From the NCBI GenBank assembly GCA_951406725.2, contig OX597824.1, positions 81,282,001 to 81,346,000 of the forward strand: a stretch of DNA of 64,000 nucleotides. Direction: 5' to 3'. Below, piece after piece: positions 1 to 15,540 of the stretch. Under the pieces are notes generated by a model, which saw only the letters and a list, made by a program, of their open reading frames with translations, had not been told where the DNA came from and searched no databases. Position numbers and translations under genes: made by a program. Every line of letters starts with the position of its first letter. Position 1 is the first letter of the stretch. The stretch comes from Octopus vulgaris. Its lineage: Eukaryota.

Positions 1-59
1 GCAAAGTTCGTTTTATACACACACGTGCGCGCACACATACATGCACATATTTATACATA

Positions 60-2329
<2,270 letters not shown>

Positions 2330-2330
<1 letters not shown>

Positions 2331-2560
2331 CATTGGTTGCTCGAAATTTGAAAGAGAGGGAGTGAAACACGAGAAGATCAAGGGAGAGGTTACAGAGAAT
2401 GAACCAATAGGAAATGAAGGCCTATTGATTTTTCCGTGTGTGATTTGTAGGCGGAAATGCTGAGATTCGTGCAGGACTGGTCAGCCATCAAAGAAGCCTC
2501 GGGGATCAACCCCTTGTAAATTATGACACAGCTATTGTTGAGACAGCAGAACATATGCCA
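2330..2560 (+). mobile_element. Degenerate 3' end of RTE-type LINE ORF (C-terminal CCHH-like finger)
   Basis: Reads [17 protein letters not shown]...[10 protein letters not shown], then after a frameshift [10 protein letters not shown]. This matches the RTE C-terminal pattern G..FE..R...C..C.R.C.SR.GL.SH.R. Confidence 0.55.
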
Positions 2561-3044
2561 CCTGTGGAATGGTGTGCCCTTTAGCTGGACGATAAAAAAA
2601 GACATGTTAAAATAATTCATACTATCGCGCCGGTTCCTTCTGCCGACGACCGCAACTGTGTATTAAGCAATAAAATGGGCGAATCTTTGGCGAGGGCCCA
2701 AGAGTCATATAAGCGCTTCACATTACCTTATGAGTGAATCATTTCAATGATTCTTTCTAACAATGTCTTTGCCCAGGTACGAGAAAGCAGCTACTAGATA
2801 CATACATACATACATACATACATATACATACATACATATATATATATATATGTATGATCGATGTTTAAATACCGATCGATGTTTAAATACCGATCTTATC
2901 AGGTGGCCAGCATGGCAATAGAAATCTTCAAAGATAATAATTATTTTAAATTATAATTTAGGGCATCTAAGATTCAAGTTTGACTGCTATTTCCAGCGTG
3001 ATGGTATCTCTTGGGTACCCTTAATTATAATTTTATATATATTA

Positions 3045-3088
<44 letters not shown>

Positions 3089-3819
3089 CAAGTGTGGTTC
3101 TCAAAGATGCAAAACCATGTGAATACTGGTTTAAAAAATTCCATTGGATAAAGAAAAAAATAATTGAAGGCTGGCTGTCTGATTTGAACAGACATTGGCT
3201 GTAAACATAATATGCGTCTTACCAACAGGCCAAAAACTTTTTCGGAATTTTTATATCCGATTCAGAAGCATTTCCATGCCAAGAAACCGATCTTTTTCAC
3301 GTCATAAGAAAATGTAAACCACGAGATAATGTGAAATGATCGTCTTGCAGAAAAGCGGTTCTCGAAGCAGACAAAGCTCTAACTACTATCATGAAAATAC
3401 CCGGAGGAAATTGATAGAGAAATTCCAAGGATTGCTCAGCACCAATAGCAGAACACCTGTTACGTTTACAGGTGATATGTGTTCTAGTTCTACATGGAGT
3501 CCTCTTCTAGCCTAAGGTTTCTTTGTTTTCAATCCAATATTTACGCGTTGTTATCTATGGCTTTGCCATCCTCCCAAACAATAATTTCTTAGATTCTATG
3601 GAAGTTAATAAACTTTTATCATGTCAGGAATATATATATGTATATTATATATATAAACTCTCAATACTCGTACATAGGGGAAAACAGTGTTGTCTGTTAG
3701 TGAAACCACATTCATCATGGTCGCAGGTTACTAAATACTTCAATGATACAACAACGTTGCCACTCCCAGGAGAAAACAAAATAGTCACTAGGGACACATA
3801 ACTACCATCTCATACATTA

Positions 3820-4314
3820 TATTATCTGAGGAAAAGGTCCGTGGCCGTGTTAAAATAATGTTGCTTTTTTTTATATATATATACGCTGAAATTTACTGCG
3901 AGCAACTTGATCGAGTCTACGATGAGCTGGTTGAAAAGTACTCAAGACTTGTTCGTCGAAAACGCGCTTTGTTTCTGGCGATATGCAAAGTCGCATACCG
4001 CCAGAAAGATCAGCAACAAGAAGTTCTGTCGCATCCAGCCTATAGTCCACACGTTGTTCCATCTGACTACGGTCTCTTCCGATCAATGCAGTACTTTATG
4101 AAAGGTCACTGATTAGAGTCATTCGATCATGTTGAAGAAGCGTGTCGAGAATTTTTCGATTCGAAGCCGAAGGATTGGTTCTTTGAACAAATCCGAAGCT
4201 TGAAGATCATTGGTCCTGGAAAACGAAGGTTTTTATTTTGATTTTGAATAAATTCTTTCATAAAAAAAAAATTATATTTCAACAAGGCGCACGAAATTTT
4301 TCCTCAGCCTAGTA
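3820..4314 (+). mobile_element. Internally deleted mariner transposon with transposase C-terminal remnant
   Basis: ORF 3858-4112 contains HPAYSPHVVPSDYGLFRSMQ (mariner HPPYSPDLAPSDY motif) and continues past a stop as LESFDHVEEACREFFDSKPKDWF. Imperfect TIRs: TATTATCTGAGGAAAAGGTCCGTGGCC (3820) and GGCGCACGAAATTTTTCCTCAGCCTAGTA (to 4314). Confidence 0.85.
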
Positions 4315-4456
4315 TTTAATGGCTTAGATTTCGAGTTTATGCGACTCGAAGTTTGATAGCTTATTATATATATGCACGGGGATATACGTAACATGGCCCA
4401 AAGTGTCGATACTTTTGAGGAACGTTGTTCTTCGTCTACTAGAAAGAGAGTCGAAA

Positions 4457-4974
4457 AGGCGGCGAACTGGCAGAAACGTTAACATACCGGGCGAAATGCT
4501 TAGCGGTATTTCGTCTGACGCTACAACTAAAGATATAATCGACTTAATCCGTTTGTCTGTCCTTGTTTGTCCCCTGTGTGTAGCTCCTTGTGGTTAGTGA
4601 AGAATAGGTATTTCGTCTGCCGCCAAGTTCTGAGTTCAAATTCCGCCGAGGTCGACTTTGCCTTTCATCCTTTCGGGATCGATTAAATAAGTACCAGTTA
4701 CGCACTTGGGTCGATGTAATCGACTTAATCCATTTGTCTGTCTTTGTTTGTCCTCTCTGTGTTTAGCCCCTTGTGGATAGTAAAGAAATAGGTTTTTCGT
4801 CTGTCTTTACGTTCAGAGTTCAAATTCTGCCGAGGTCGACTTTGCCTTTCATCCTTTCGGGGTCGATTAAATAAGTACCAGTTACGCACTAAAGTCGATA
4901 TAATCGACTTAATCCGTTTATCTGTCCTTGTTTGTCCTCTCTATGTTTAGCCCCTTGTGGGCAGTTGAGAAATA
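4457..4974 (+). mobile_element. SINE family A, tRNA-like head plus three tandem body units
   Basis: A-box-like TGGCAGAAACGTT and B-box GAGTTCAAATTCC. Body GCCTTTCATCCTTTCGGGGTCGAT; units start at 4505 (internally deleted), 4607 and 4791. TSD agaaagagaRtcgaaa at 4441-4456 and 4975-4990. Confidence 0.9.
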
Positions 4975-5340
4975 AGAAAGAGAATCGAAATCTCACTTAA
5001 ATCATTTATCACTACCTTAAAAGTAAAGACATAAATGGCGACTTTTTGAAAGACCTACATTTTTTACAAATGTGTCATCTCTGCAAAGGAATACCACAGA
5101 ATGGTAACAGTTGGAATGTCATTGACCATAATTCTGACCGATCAGAGCTGAACTAGGATTAAAGAACAAGAACTACAACAGCAATAAGATATACAACAAT
5201 GAGTGTAACAATAGCAGCAAGATGGATAAACAGAATTTGTGCTGTATCAGAGTCAATGTCCTCTTCTACGGCTTCGGTTGGTCGGACGGACGGATGGACG
5301 GACGGTCTGTGATTGACGATGGAACGGGGAGCAGGACGGA

Positions 5341-5403
<63 letters not shown>

Positions 5404-6009
5404 ATAGAGTATATAGAAAGCAAGAAATAAGAGAGGAAGCAAGTGAAAGAGACAGAGAGAGTCAGAGAGAGACAGATAGACAGAGAGTGGGTAATGTGTT
5501 TACGATATAGTGTCATTATTGAAGTGATGGACGACAGAAATCCACAGTGTTTTTAGCTGGTAACGGTGGTGGTGGTGATGTTGGTGGAGGTGCGACAATT
5601 GTTACTGTGTCACGGTAGTGGCGGCGGCGGTGGTGGTGGTGGTGGCCATCGTCCTGGTGGCAGTGAGGCGGGGAGGGCTGTTTTTTTTTCCTGTGCCACG
5701 GTAGTTTAGTTTGTGTTCACTCTGGTATATATTTACACAGCTGACATATTAGACGGTTGCGGACATTCGCGATGACTCAGCCGTTACAATAGAAAGATCA
5801 TCATTCAATTGTTTTTCCTGTCTCCCCCTTCTTCCTTTGTATCCTTCCATCTATCCTTCCATCTTTACATTCTTTCCTTCCTTATTTTTCTCCTTCTAAC
5901 ACTTTTATTTCTTTCTGTCTATCCTCTCTTTATTTCTTCCTCATCTTCGTTCCTTCATTCTCATTTTGTTCTCGTTATCTTTCAAGCGTATTTCTTCCTT
6001 TCATTTATT

Positions 6010-6793
6010 TTTCATTCGTTTCTACTGTGGTTGTTATTTTTTAAATCAATTTCGTTCATTCTTTTTTCTTCTGTATTTTCATTCTTAAATATTTCTTTCA
6101 TTCGTTTCTACTGTGGTTGATATTTTTTAAATCAATTTCGTTCATTCTTTTTTCTTCTGTATTTTCATTCTTAAATATTTCTTTCATTCGTTTCTACTGT
6201 GGTTGATATTTTTTAAATCAATTTCGTTCATTCTTTTTTCTTCTGTATTTTCATTCTTAAATATTTCTTTCATTCGTTTCTACTGTGGTTGATATTTTTT
6301 AAATCAATTTCGTTCATTCTTTTTTCTTCTGTATTTTCATTCTTAAATATTTCTTTCATTCGTTTCTACTGTGGTTGATATTTTTTTAATCAATTTCGTT
6401 CATTCTTTTTTCTTCTGTATTTTCATTCTTAAATCTTTCTTTCATTCGTTTCTACTGTGGTTGATATTTTTTTAATCAATTTCGTTCATTCTTTTTTCTT
6501 CTGTATTTTCATTCTTAAATATTTCTTTCATTCGTTTCTACTGTGGTTGATATTTTTTTAATCAATTTCGTTCATTCTTTTTTCTTCTGTATTTTCATTC
6601 TTAAATCTTTCTTTCATTCGTTTCTACTGTGGTTGATATTTTTTTAATCAATTTCGTTCATTCTTTTTTCTTCTGTATTTTCATTCTTAAATATTTCTTT
6701 CATTCGTTTCTACTGTGGTTGATATTTTTTTTATCAATTTCGTTCATTTTTTTTTTCTTCTGCGTTTTCATTCTTAAATCTTTCTTTCATTCG
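6010..6793. repeat. 86-bp minisatellite, 9 copies
   Basis: ctactgtgg recurs at 6022, 6108, 6194, 6280, 6366, 6452, 6538, 6624 and 6710, a period of exactly 86. Confidence 0.95.
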
Positions 6794-6969
6794 TTATTCG
6801 TCTCTTTCTTTCCGTTTCGTGCTCCATCTAATATTAGATGCAATTCATTTGTCTTACAAAACCACTAATTAATCCCTCTGTGACACTAAAACTATTTCCA
6901 ATCTTTTATTTTACCGAAGTACGCACACACACACACGCACACATTGCGCGAGCTCGCACATGTATATAT

Positions 6970-7182
<213 letters not shown>

Positions 7183-7184
7183 CG

Positions 7185-7343
7185 TGTGAGTGGCTGTGTG
7201 ATATGAAGCTTGCTTTCTAACCACATGGTTCCCGATTCGGTCCTACACAGCGTGACATCTTGGGCAAGTTTTTTACCATAGTCCTGGCCAACCAAAGCCT
7301 TGTGAGTGGATTTGGTAGATGGAAACTGAAAGAAGCCCTTCGC

Positions 7344-7345
<2 letters not shown>
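7185..7345 (+). mobile_element. SINE family C, 5' half
   Basis: gagtggctgtgtg...cttgggcaag...gtgagtggatttggtagatggaaactgaaagaagccc, followed by a TA/TG microsatellite. Confidence 0.85.
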
Positions 7346-7385
<40 letters not shown>

Positions 7386-7598
7386 ATTTATGTATATATA
7401 TATATATATGTGTGTGTAATATATATGATATATATGCGTATATACATATAATGTACATTAATATGTACATATGTGTGTATATTGATGCTTCTGCTCTTTT
7501 TCGCATACACATCTAAACAATATGGTCTCCCAAGACGAACACCACAGTATAATGGTGTTCTTACTGTACGCACACATTAAATAAGACATACGAATTGC

Positions 7599-7658
<60 letters not shown>

Positions 7659-8887
7659 AACATTCACATCGAAAGGGAGAGTGAAGAAAGGCGTCTAAGT
7701 ATGACAGAGTTATTCCTCACATGCATTTATCCTAAAAGTGAAAACTATTTCCGTTGGACATCTTTTTCAAATTCTCGTGCTTTTCTATTTTATTCCGTTA
7801 TGGATTTATAAACAGTTTTAATTGTAGTAGGCTTGGATTATTAGCTCTCGTTTTTCGCTGCATAAAACCGTTTTTATTATAACATTCAATTGCATTAAAA
7901 TGTATTGTATTACATTACATTATACGCCATTTGTATTGTGTTGTATTAGGCAATTATTGCACCAGGATCTCGTCCATTATGAATGCCTCCATTTTATCGC
8001 TGTGGCCATTAAAAGAAATCATTATTATCATTATTATTATTATTCGTCGTCGTTGTAGTAGTGGTGGCTTTTTTTTGTCTTTTTTTTCGGTGGGATGAGG
8101 GAAAGGATGGATTCTGGCTTTGGTTCTTTTGAATAGTCAGAAGAATGTTCTTCATCCTATTACTACCGTCTTTCAAACAGACGCTAAAATCTTTTATAAT
8201 TTAATTCCTTCCATACATACTCGGAACGTTTAGTTAATATGTCATCTTAGCAAGCAGGCAGAGTAACCTATGCCTTATCCGCCGTGCAAACGAGACTATT
8301 CTTTAATTAAGAAACCAATGAATGCGAATGCATGAGTGCATTTGGAACATGCCAAATGTAATAGGTTTATATTCCAGAGTACAAATATTTAATGAAATCA
8401 TAATATAATAAGCGTTACACACAAACACACATATAAACATGTATGCACCCACAAACACACGTGCACTCACACATACATACATGTATAAATATATATATAT
8501 ATGTATTTGTATACACATGTAGACATATGTACACACACATAAACACATTATGTACACACACACATATATATATACACACATATGTACACATGCATAAACC
8601 CATATATATATATATATATACGCTCATACGGATAGACAGTGACACACAAATTGTTCGCACTCCAGGATATTGCGGCGACCATCATCCCTAACACTGCAGC
8701 CGCCGTCACCACCATTACCCCTGCACTCACCGCCATGTCCGCAAATACTACTGTTGCCACCACCACCACCACCACCGAGGTTTCCGCCTCTGTCACCGCC
8801 ACCACCACCTCTGAGACTTCTCTTACCGTTCCTCTTCTCTCGCCACTTTCATCGCGTTTCCACCCGTTCTCACTCCTACCATTACAC

Positions 8888-8926
<39 letters not shown>

Positions 8927-11214
8927 ACACGTGCGTATTATACGCCATCGACAGCGACAATCTAGCATACCGTCGGCCATAACCCTCAGGGCTAATTTAT
9001 CGATGGTAATTACGCGGCTCCAATTACAACCTCCAGCGACTAAACAGTCCCGATCAAGCCTATAGACGGGACCACGGGTGATTGACAGCAAATTATCTCA
9101 CATTAGTTTAAAGGTTAACTCCAACTGCAGTAAGACCGGACAAGACCAAAGTATTAGGCATCTTCACAGTATTGACAAACATACATTTATACGATGTTAT
9201 CATTGTTTTTCCTATCTTCTCGTCTATTTTCTTCTTTGTTTTCTAGGAAATATTTCATGCTTAATTGCAATGTTTTTGTACTCAAAAATGCAAGACACGT
9301 AACGCGTAAGTCTGAAGCAAACACGGAAGGATCCGTTGAACCAAGAATTGTCCCGTATAACCTCTACTTTCAGATCAAAATGTCCTCCTATCATAGTTAT
9401 CATTCAAGGATACGTTTTTGAAAGAAGTAAAACAAAGGAATAAATAATATCTATTAAGAATTGAACTGCTATTTTGTCGAGAGATACACCGCAAACTATA
9501 TTCTGATCGACGATAGGATATCGATATCTATTTCAAATTAAAAGCCATATCATTTCATTTGTGCCATTACTGATATAGAGAAAGACATAAATATCTCTCA
9601 CATTCCCACTTCGTTTTTAATGTAAATAATAGCCACATGGCGCCTACAAAAAGAGAGGTCCTGCTTTTCTTGCTTTTATTTATGATTTCATGAATTAAGT
9701 GCATTATTGGATCAATGGGGCTGTGCTTACTGGCCATTTATCTTCTTTCTGGATGGGGCATTGAGTATATTAAGTAGAGGTGTATCACTTGCAAGGGATT
9801 TGAACGTGGGCTCTACAAACCGTTAATGACAAAGGATTGGCTTTCTTTGAAGCAATTAATTATAACCTCACTGCAATACCTATAAAAATTACGGTCAACG
9901 TGACTACAATTAAATGACCTGAACTTTATCGGTCAAGACTAGCCATCACTCTACACCTGCATGCGCAGACCGGGAAAAGGATTTGTAGAAGGTCTTCAGT
10001 TGCCCGTTCAAGCAATTAAGATTTTCCTGCTTGCCTCACTAAATTGCTCAAGGCTAGGTTGCCTCCTACGTGGTCGATACACTTTGGTATCTATGTCTTT
10101 GCAGATACTGGTGTCAACCTACGAAAGGCTGGAACCGATACTGTAACGCATACAACACGTTAAGAGTTCTGTCAATTCATTGCCCTGGGGTGTACTGGTA
10201 TGACAGTTGCTTCTGATAGGATAAAAGCAAAGTTGACCTCAATGAGATTTAAACTCTTTCTGATTCCCCTACTGGAAATTTCGAGCAAATCACATGAATC
10301 CCTTACCTGAATCGTAAATATGTCTATTTATCACATTTGCTGCTATTTATAACGACCAAATATAGCTAGGTAAAGAAACTTTACATCGGTTAAACGTGGT
10401 TGATGGTAGCGGTAGAGTTTCTGATTTTCTTTCAAAATTAAGGGATCTTAAGTTCGATTCCAGTTTGTAGCACCTTGATCAGGTGATTTTAGTTTTCCCC
10501 CCAGATAAACTGAATAATTTTAAGTGAAACTTCATAAGTGGAAACTGTGGAAGCTCTTCGTGGAGTTATTTCCGTCCTTGCTGGTTGACTTGATCTGTCG
10601 CCCAGATCCACAACTCTACCTGGCCCTTGCTTTCGGGTCCCCAAGCATTTCTATGAATAACTTCCCCCATTTCAGCCGACAACACCACAAGTAACAATAC
10701 TTGTTGTAGCGCCATGGTTTTTCTGTCTCAATGACCCTGTGTTCAGTGCCAGAGGAGTGCAAGTTCCTGAAAGAGCCTACCATGATAAACAGGTCAACGG
10801 ATAGACTAATATGAATCAGTTCTCAGAGGTAAAAACGGTTTTGAGTAGTTCCACAACCTCACCTTAGAAAACGGCAAATTCCAGAAGCACTGGTGACAAT
10901 TCAAAACCAATACATTTGTAAAAAGCCGTCGATAGCCTGTGCTCCATAAGAAGTGAAGGGCTTAACCGAACTTCAGCTCCTTAGTATTTGAGGCTTTGAA
11001 AATGGCTACAGGTGCTGTCTTTTTTCTTCTGAATATACATTGAAAATTTTCTACATGATTAAGACAGAGAGCACTGGCAAGGGTGAGATGCGAACCTGTT
11101 GTCTAGCTTGTCCAATATTCCATATGCACAGCTGTGTTGAATCTCTGTCATATTCCTTCGAATTTATTATCCGTTACGTCTTCTGCTCCAATGGCTGAGA
11201 TTCGGTTATCATAT

Positions 11215-11600
11215 GGGAAGCACTCCGTCGGTTACGACGACGAGGGTTCCAGTTGATCCGATCAACGGAACAGCCTGCTCGTGAAATTAACGTGTAAGTG
11301 GCTGAGCACTCCACAGACACGTGTACCCCTAACGTAGTTCTCGGGGATATTCAGCGTGACGCAGAGAGTGACAAGGCCGGCCCTTTGAAATACAGGTACA
11401 ACAGAAACAGGAAGTAAGAGTGAGAGAAAGTTGTGGTGAAAGAGTACAGCAGGGATCACCACCATCCCCTGCCGGAGCCTCGTGGAGCTTTAGGTGTTTT
11501 CGCTCACAATAAACACTCACAACGCCCGGGTCTGGGAATCGAAACCGCGATCTTACGACCGCGAGTCCGCTGCCCTAACCACTGGGCCATTGCGCCTCCA
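11215..11600 (-). mobile_element. SINE family B, tail type 1, full length
   Basis: Reverse complement of TGGAGGCGCAATGGCCCAGTGGTTAGGGCAGCGGACTCGCGG...GGTTTCGATTCCC (pol III A and B boxes). Near-identical to 38225-38611. TSD ttcggttatcatat / ctcagttatcatat. Confidence 0.92.
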
Positions 11601-11977
11601 CTCAGTTATCATATAGATCATTAAAGAACAGAGAAAAAAAAAACGAACACATCTAATGTTATATATTAGTGTTTCACGGACCAACCTCCATAATCACTTT
11701 TCTAAGGTCAGCGTTTAGAATGCTATATTATAGTTAAAATTCGTAAAGGATAAACCTTTAAAAGCATCCATTAAAAAGTCATACATACTGAAAGCATGTT
11801 ATTTACGGAGTTTCCGGTGGCTGAAGTTGGCCTGACGCCAGCCAAACCATTTCCTCATTGCCTTACTGGCCTCCAAATAACTAGCGTATGTTGGCTGTCA
11901 TGACCTTTACTGGAGGGATTTTCAAATCCCACTAACCGCTTTGTTTAGTTGGAATTTACAAAAGAAGAAAAAGAAAC

Positions 11978-11983
11978 AGCAGC

Positions 11984-12049
<66 letters not shown>

Positions 12050-12105
12050 GGTGGTGATGGTGGTGGTGGTGATGGTGGTGGTGGTGATGGTGGTGGTAGT
12101 AGTAA

Positions 12106-12151
<46 letters not shown>

Positions 12152-12211
12152 GGTGGTATGATAGTAGTAGTAGTAGTAGTAGTGGTGTTGGTGTTGGTTG
12201 TGGTGGTGGTG

Positions 12212-12243
<32 letters not shown>

Positions 12244-12350
12244 GGTGGTGGTGTTGGTGGTGGTGGTGGTGTTGGTGGTGGTGGTAGTAGTGGTGTTGGT
12301 GGTGGTGGTGGTGTTGGTGGTGGTAGTAGTAGTAATAGTAGTAGTAGTAA

Positions 12351-12385
<35 letters not shown>

Positions 12386-12389
12386 TATA

Positions 12390-12429
<40 letters not shown>

Positions 12430-12532
12430 GGTGGTGGTGGTGGTGGTGGTAGTAGTATTAGTGGTGGTGGTGGTGGTGGTGGTGGTGGTTTTGGTGGTGT
12501 TGGTGTTGTTGTTGTTGGTGGTGGTGGTGGTT

Positions 12533-12613
<81 letters not shown>
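11978..12613. repeat. (GTA)n/(GTG)n trinucleotide array
   Basis: Direct. Source of the poly-V and poly-T ORFs. Confidence 0.95.
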
Positions 12614-12614
<1 letters not shown>

Positions 12615-12998
12615 AGGGAGTTATTAGTGTGTAACATTCAATCAAACAATAGATAGATATGTATGTGGGAGCCAGCTAGCTAGCAACTGGGATATGGAAA
12701 CAGGCCATACGTACATAGCACGCAACGGCTAACGAAGAATCTCAAAACATCGACTTGACTGGAAGGGCGGAACGCTGACTGACAGATTCTGTCAACGGTT
12801 TGGTCTTCGACCATTAGAATTTTGGAAACGGTAATTGTTCCTGACACCGGACCACACATCTGGTCCCTTATAAAACAATGGTATACAAACATTCTTTGAA
12901 CTACAACTATTTATGCAAGTAGGAACATGGATGGATAGACTCATCTCCCCACAGAATTCCTATAAAGATATTCGTTTTACTCACACACACAAACACAT

Positions 12999-13029
<31 letters not shown>

Positions 13030-13291
13030 CACACGCATATATGCGTATGTATGTACTTATACACACACACACGCATATAATACACACACATACACACGTG
13101 TGTATGTATAGATATATACATATATATATTCACTTACTCTGATGGTTACTAACGTCGATTTCGACGCATGAGTGGTAGGAAAACAGTATTTAAAGAAAAG
13201 CTAAAAAAATGTGAAGCAAAGAAAAAAAACTTTAAAAATAAAAGAATAACTATATATATACATATATATGTATATATATAAACATATATAG

Positions 13292-13366
<75 letters not shown>

Positions 13367-13452
13367 AGATAGAGAAAGTGAGAGAGAGAGAAAGAGAGAA
13401 AGTTTGATAGGGAGATAGACAGACAGAAAGACAGACAAATAGACAGGCGGAC

Positions 13453-13529
<77 letters not shown>

Positions 13530-13911
13530 TATTAGTTGTATATTGTTAAACATTGTTATCATTATTATCTGAACATGTCTTTGTGAAAAGAGACGAAAAC
13601 TAAGTCTGCGGAATCTGAAAAGTTACAAATATCTACATTCCAGAAACGACAAGTAACGATACAATTGGAAGGTGAAAAAGGTCAGAGTTCATCTGCCAGA
13701 TTTGTCTTCTCCAAGCAGCATATCGAAAATTCCTCTCTAATCTGAGCGGTGGCTTGCATCTTATATAGACTTTCAATGGATAATCAATATTACAGATTTG
13801 TACATGTACAAGATGAGAAACAAACAGACACACGTACACATACACATAAATAAAAACACATACACACATACTTTCACACAAACACATACATACATATATA
13901 TATATGTGTCC

Positions 13912-13947
13912 CTTTCTGTAGAAGAGCGTAGGCTCGAAATGTAAAAG
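13912..13947 (+). ncRNA. Degenerate minimal type-I hammerhead ribozyme in a Penelope-pLTR-like module
   Basis: CTTT-CTGTAGA-A-GAGC-GTAG-GCTC-GAAA-TG-TA-AAAG. Stems I and II pair. The core has an A6>U change. Same family as 53930-53964. Confidence 0.55.
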
Positions 13948-14049
13948 ACTTTTTCTATTCCTGAGCGTTATACTAATACATCTGTTTGTTTTGTACAATA
14001 CATCTGTTTGTTTTTTTCGGTATACTCTCCCTATATATATATATATATA

Positions 14050-14614
14050 TCCTTGATCTTCGGTCTACACGCTCTCTCTCTCTTTCTTCTCCCCCTCCTT
14101 AATTCCTTTGATCCTCTTTTTCTCTCTCTTCTCCCCCTCCTTAATTCCTTTGCTCCTCTTTTTCTCTCTCTTCTCTTCTCACGTGACCGCTGGCCGACTA
14201 CTAGCCCTTTTGCGTCGGACCACGGTCACTGTCACATCGTTCTTTTCCTCTGCCGTAAGGCTTAATTCTCAACATCAGCTGAATTCAGTTCGTCCCCAGT
14301 CGAAAGACGCTTGTTGTTATGTCCTCGTATTATTTTTTTGTTTTTTTTTGTATTATATTTGTATTTATATTCGTGTAACATCGTCCGTTTTTCCGTCCTT
14401 GTTTCGTATACATTCGCTGCTGTCTTCCAAGGAATCTAATGCTCTTAGCTTAGTTTTTCCTTGGGGCTGGCCAGACTGGAGCAATCTCAAGATTAATCAG
14501 CCGAAGTTTCGAGGATGATCAGATTCTTGACTGAAGATTAAAGCCTTCGAATGACCCGTCCGTGTCTTTGTATCGTCTATTTGGATGTTTTGCGTTCTTG
14601 TCCCATTTTGTATC

Positions 14615-14618
<4 letters not shown>
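14050..14618 (+). repeat. (TA)n-flanked interspersed repeat, probably Penelope-associated
   Basis: Its 3' part (ttcgaatgacccgtccgtgt...tttggatgttttg...gttcttgtcccatttt) matches the reverse complement of 45490-45612. TA arrays lie on both sides. Confidence 0.55.
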
Positions 14619-14661
<43 letters not shown>

Positions 14662-14769
14662 CGTCTTTTCATCCTTTTCTTCCCTTTCTGTCTGTCTCTC
14701 TCTCACTCGCTACTTATATAAATGTATATACACAACACGCATCCAAACTTACATGTTCACAGACACATA

Positions 14770-15025
14770 TACGTTGTCTGATCAATAAAAATCCGGACTG
14801 TTGCCATAGTAACGAAGTTAAGGCACACAGAGTAAAGCCGCATGGCGAAGATTCACCTTGAACTCTACTGTGCATGCGCACTAAGTTCTAACGTTATAAC
14901 TCAATTCTGCTGTTTACAGCAGTGCTTGGAAGGAACGTGTGTATCATGTGATAGTCTTATTGATCATGACACAAAAAGTTGAGCCGAGAATCTGCATCAA
15001 ATTTTGCCAAAAGCTTGGTGATACG
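14770..15025 (+). mobile_element. Mariner 5' end (TIR plus transposase N-terminus)
   Basis: TA-CGTTGTCTGATCAATAAAAATCCGGACT is TIR-like. The ATG at 14966 gives MTQKVEPRICIKFCQKLGDT, the typical mariner EQRxCIKFCxKLG start. Confidence 0.8.
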
Positions 15026-15204
15026 ATTCGTAACTGTCGTATTCAGCCATAGCTCTGGTCAAGCAGTTTAATAAATGTTAAAACGTGTCCCATGTTAACA
15101 AGTTTATTATACTGAAGCTTATACAATATTCCAAGGCACCTAAAGAGCTGAGATCACAAGCCTCTCCTCCGGACGGGTCACCAGTCCACTGAACATAAAA
15201 AAAT

Positions 15205-15540
15205 GGTAAAGAAGCCCTTCAATCATGAGTGACAATAAGAATGCACCTAGAAAGTTGCCCTTTCGAGATACAAGTGCAGGCAAGGTTGTTTATGGAAGAC
15301 CAGCAGTCGCTTATACTACTCTATCCTCTCTACGCCACCGATGTCATCCAATGGAAAGGCAAACTGGCCGATACAGCTTTGGCACCAGTGATGTCGCAAC
15401 TCATTTCTACAGCTGAGTTAACTAGAGCAACGTGAAATAAAGTGCCTTGCCCAAGACCAAAACACACAACCCGGTCCGGGAACTGAACTCACTACCTCAT
15501 GACAGTGAGCCCGATGTTCTAACCACTTAGCCATGCACCT
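15205..15540 (-). mobile_element. SINE family D (tRNA head, CTTGGGCAAGGCACTT core)
   Basis: Reverse complement reads GGTGCATGGCTAAGTGGTTAGAACATCGGGCTCAC...GAGTTCAGTTCCCGG...GTCTTGGGCAAGGCACTTTA...CAGCTGTAGAAATGAG. Confidence 0.75.

Noticed and set aside
5640-5800. GC-richer patch with TGACTCA (AP-1-like) as a promoter or enhancer
   Set aside because: A single short motif next to (GGT)n repeats with no linked gene. Not distinguishable from chance.
6010-6793. CRISPR-like regular array
   Set aside because: Units are identical end to end with no unique spacers, the context is eukaryotic and there are no cas genes.
8639-8965. Thr/Ala-rich mucin-like 108-aa ORF
   Set aside because: Derived from decayed (ACC)n/(GCC)n and (CA)n repeats. 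No clear splice sites or homology.
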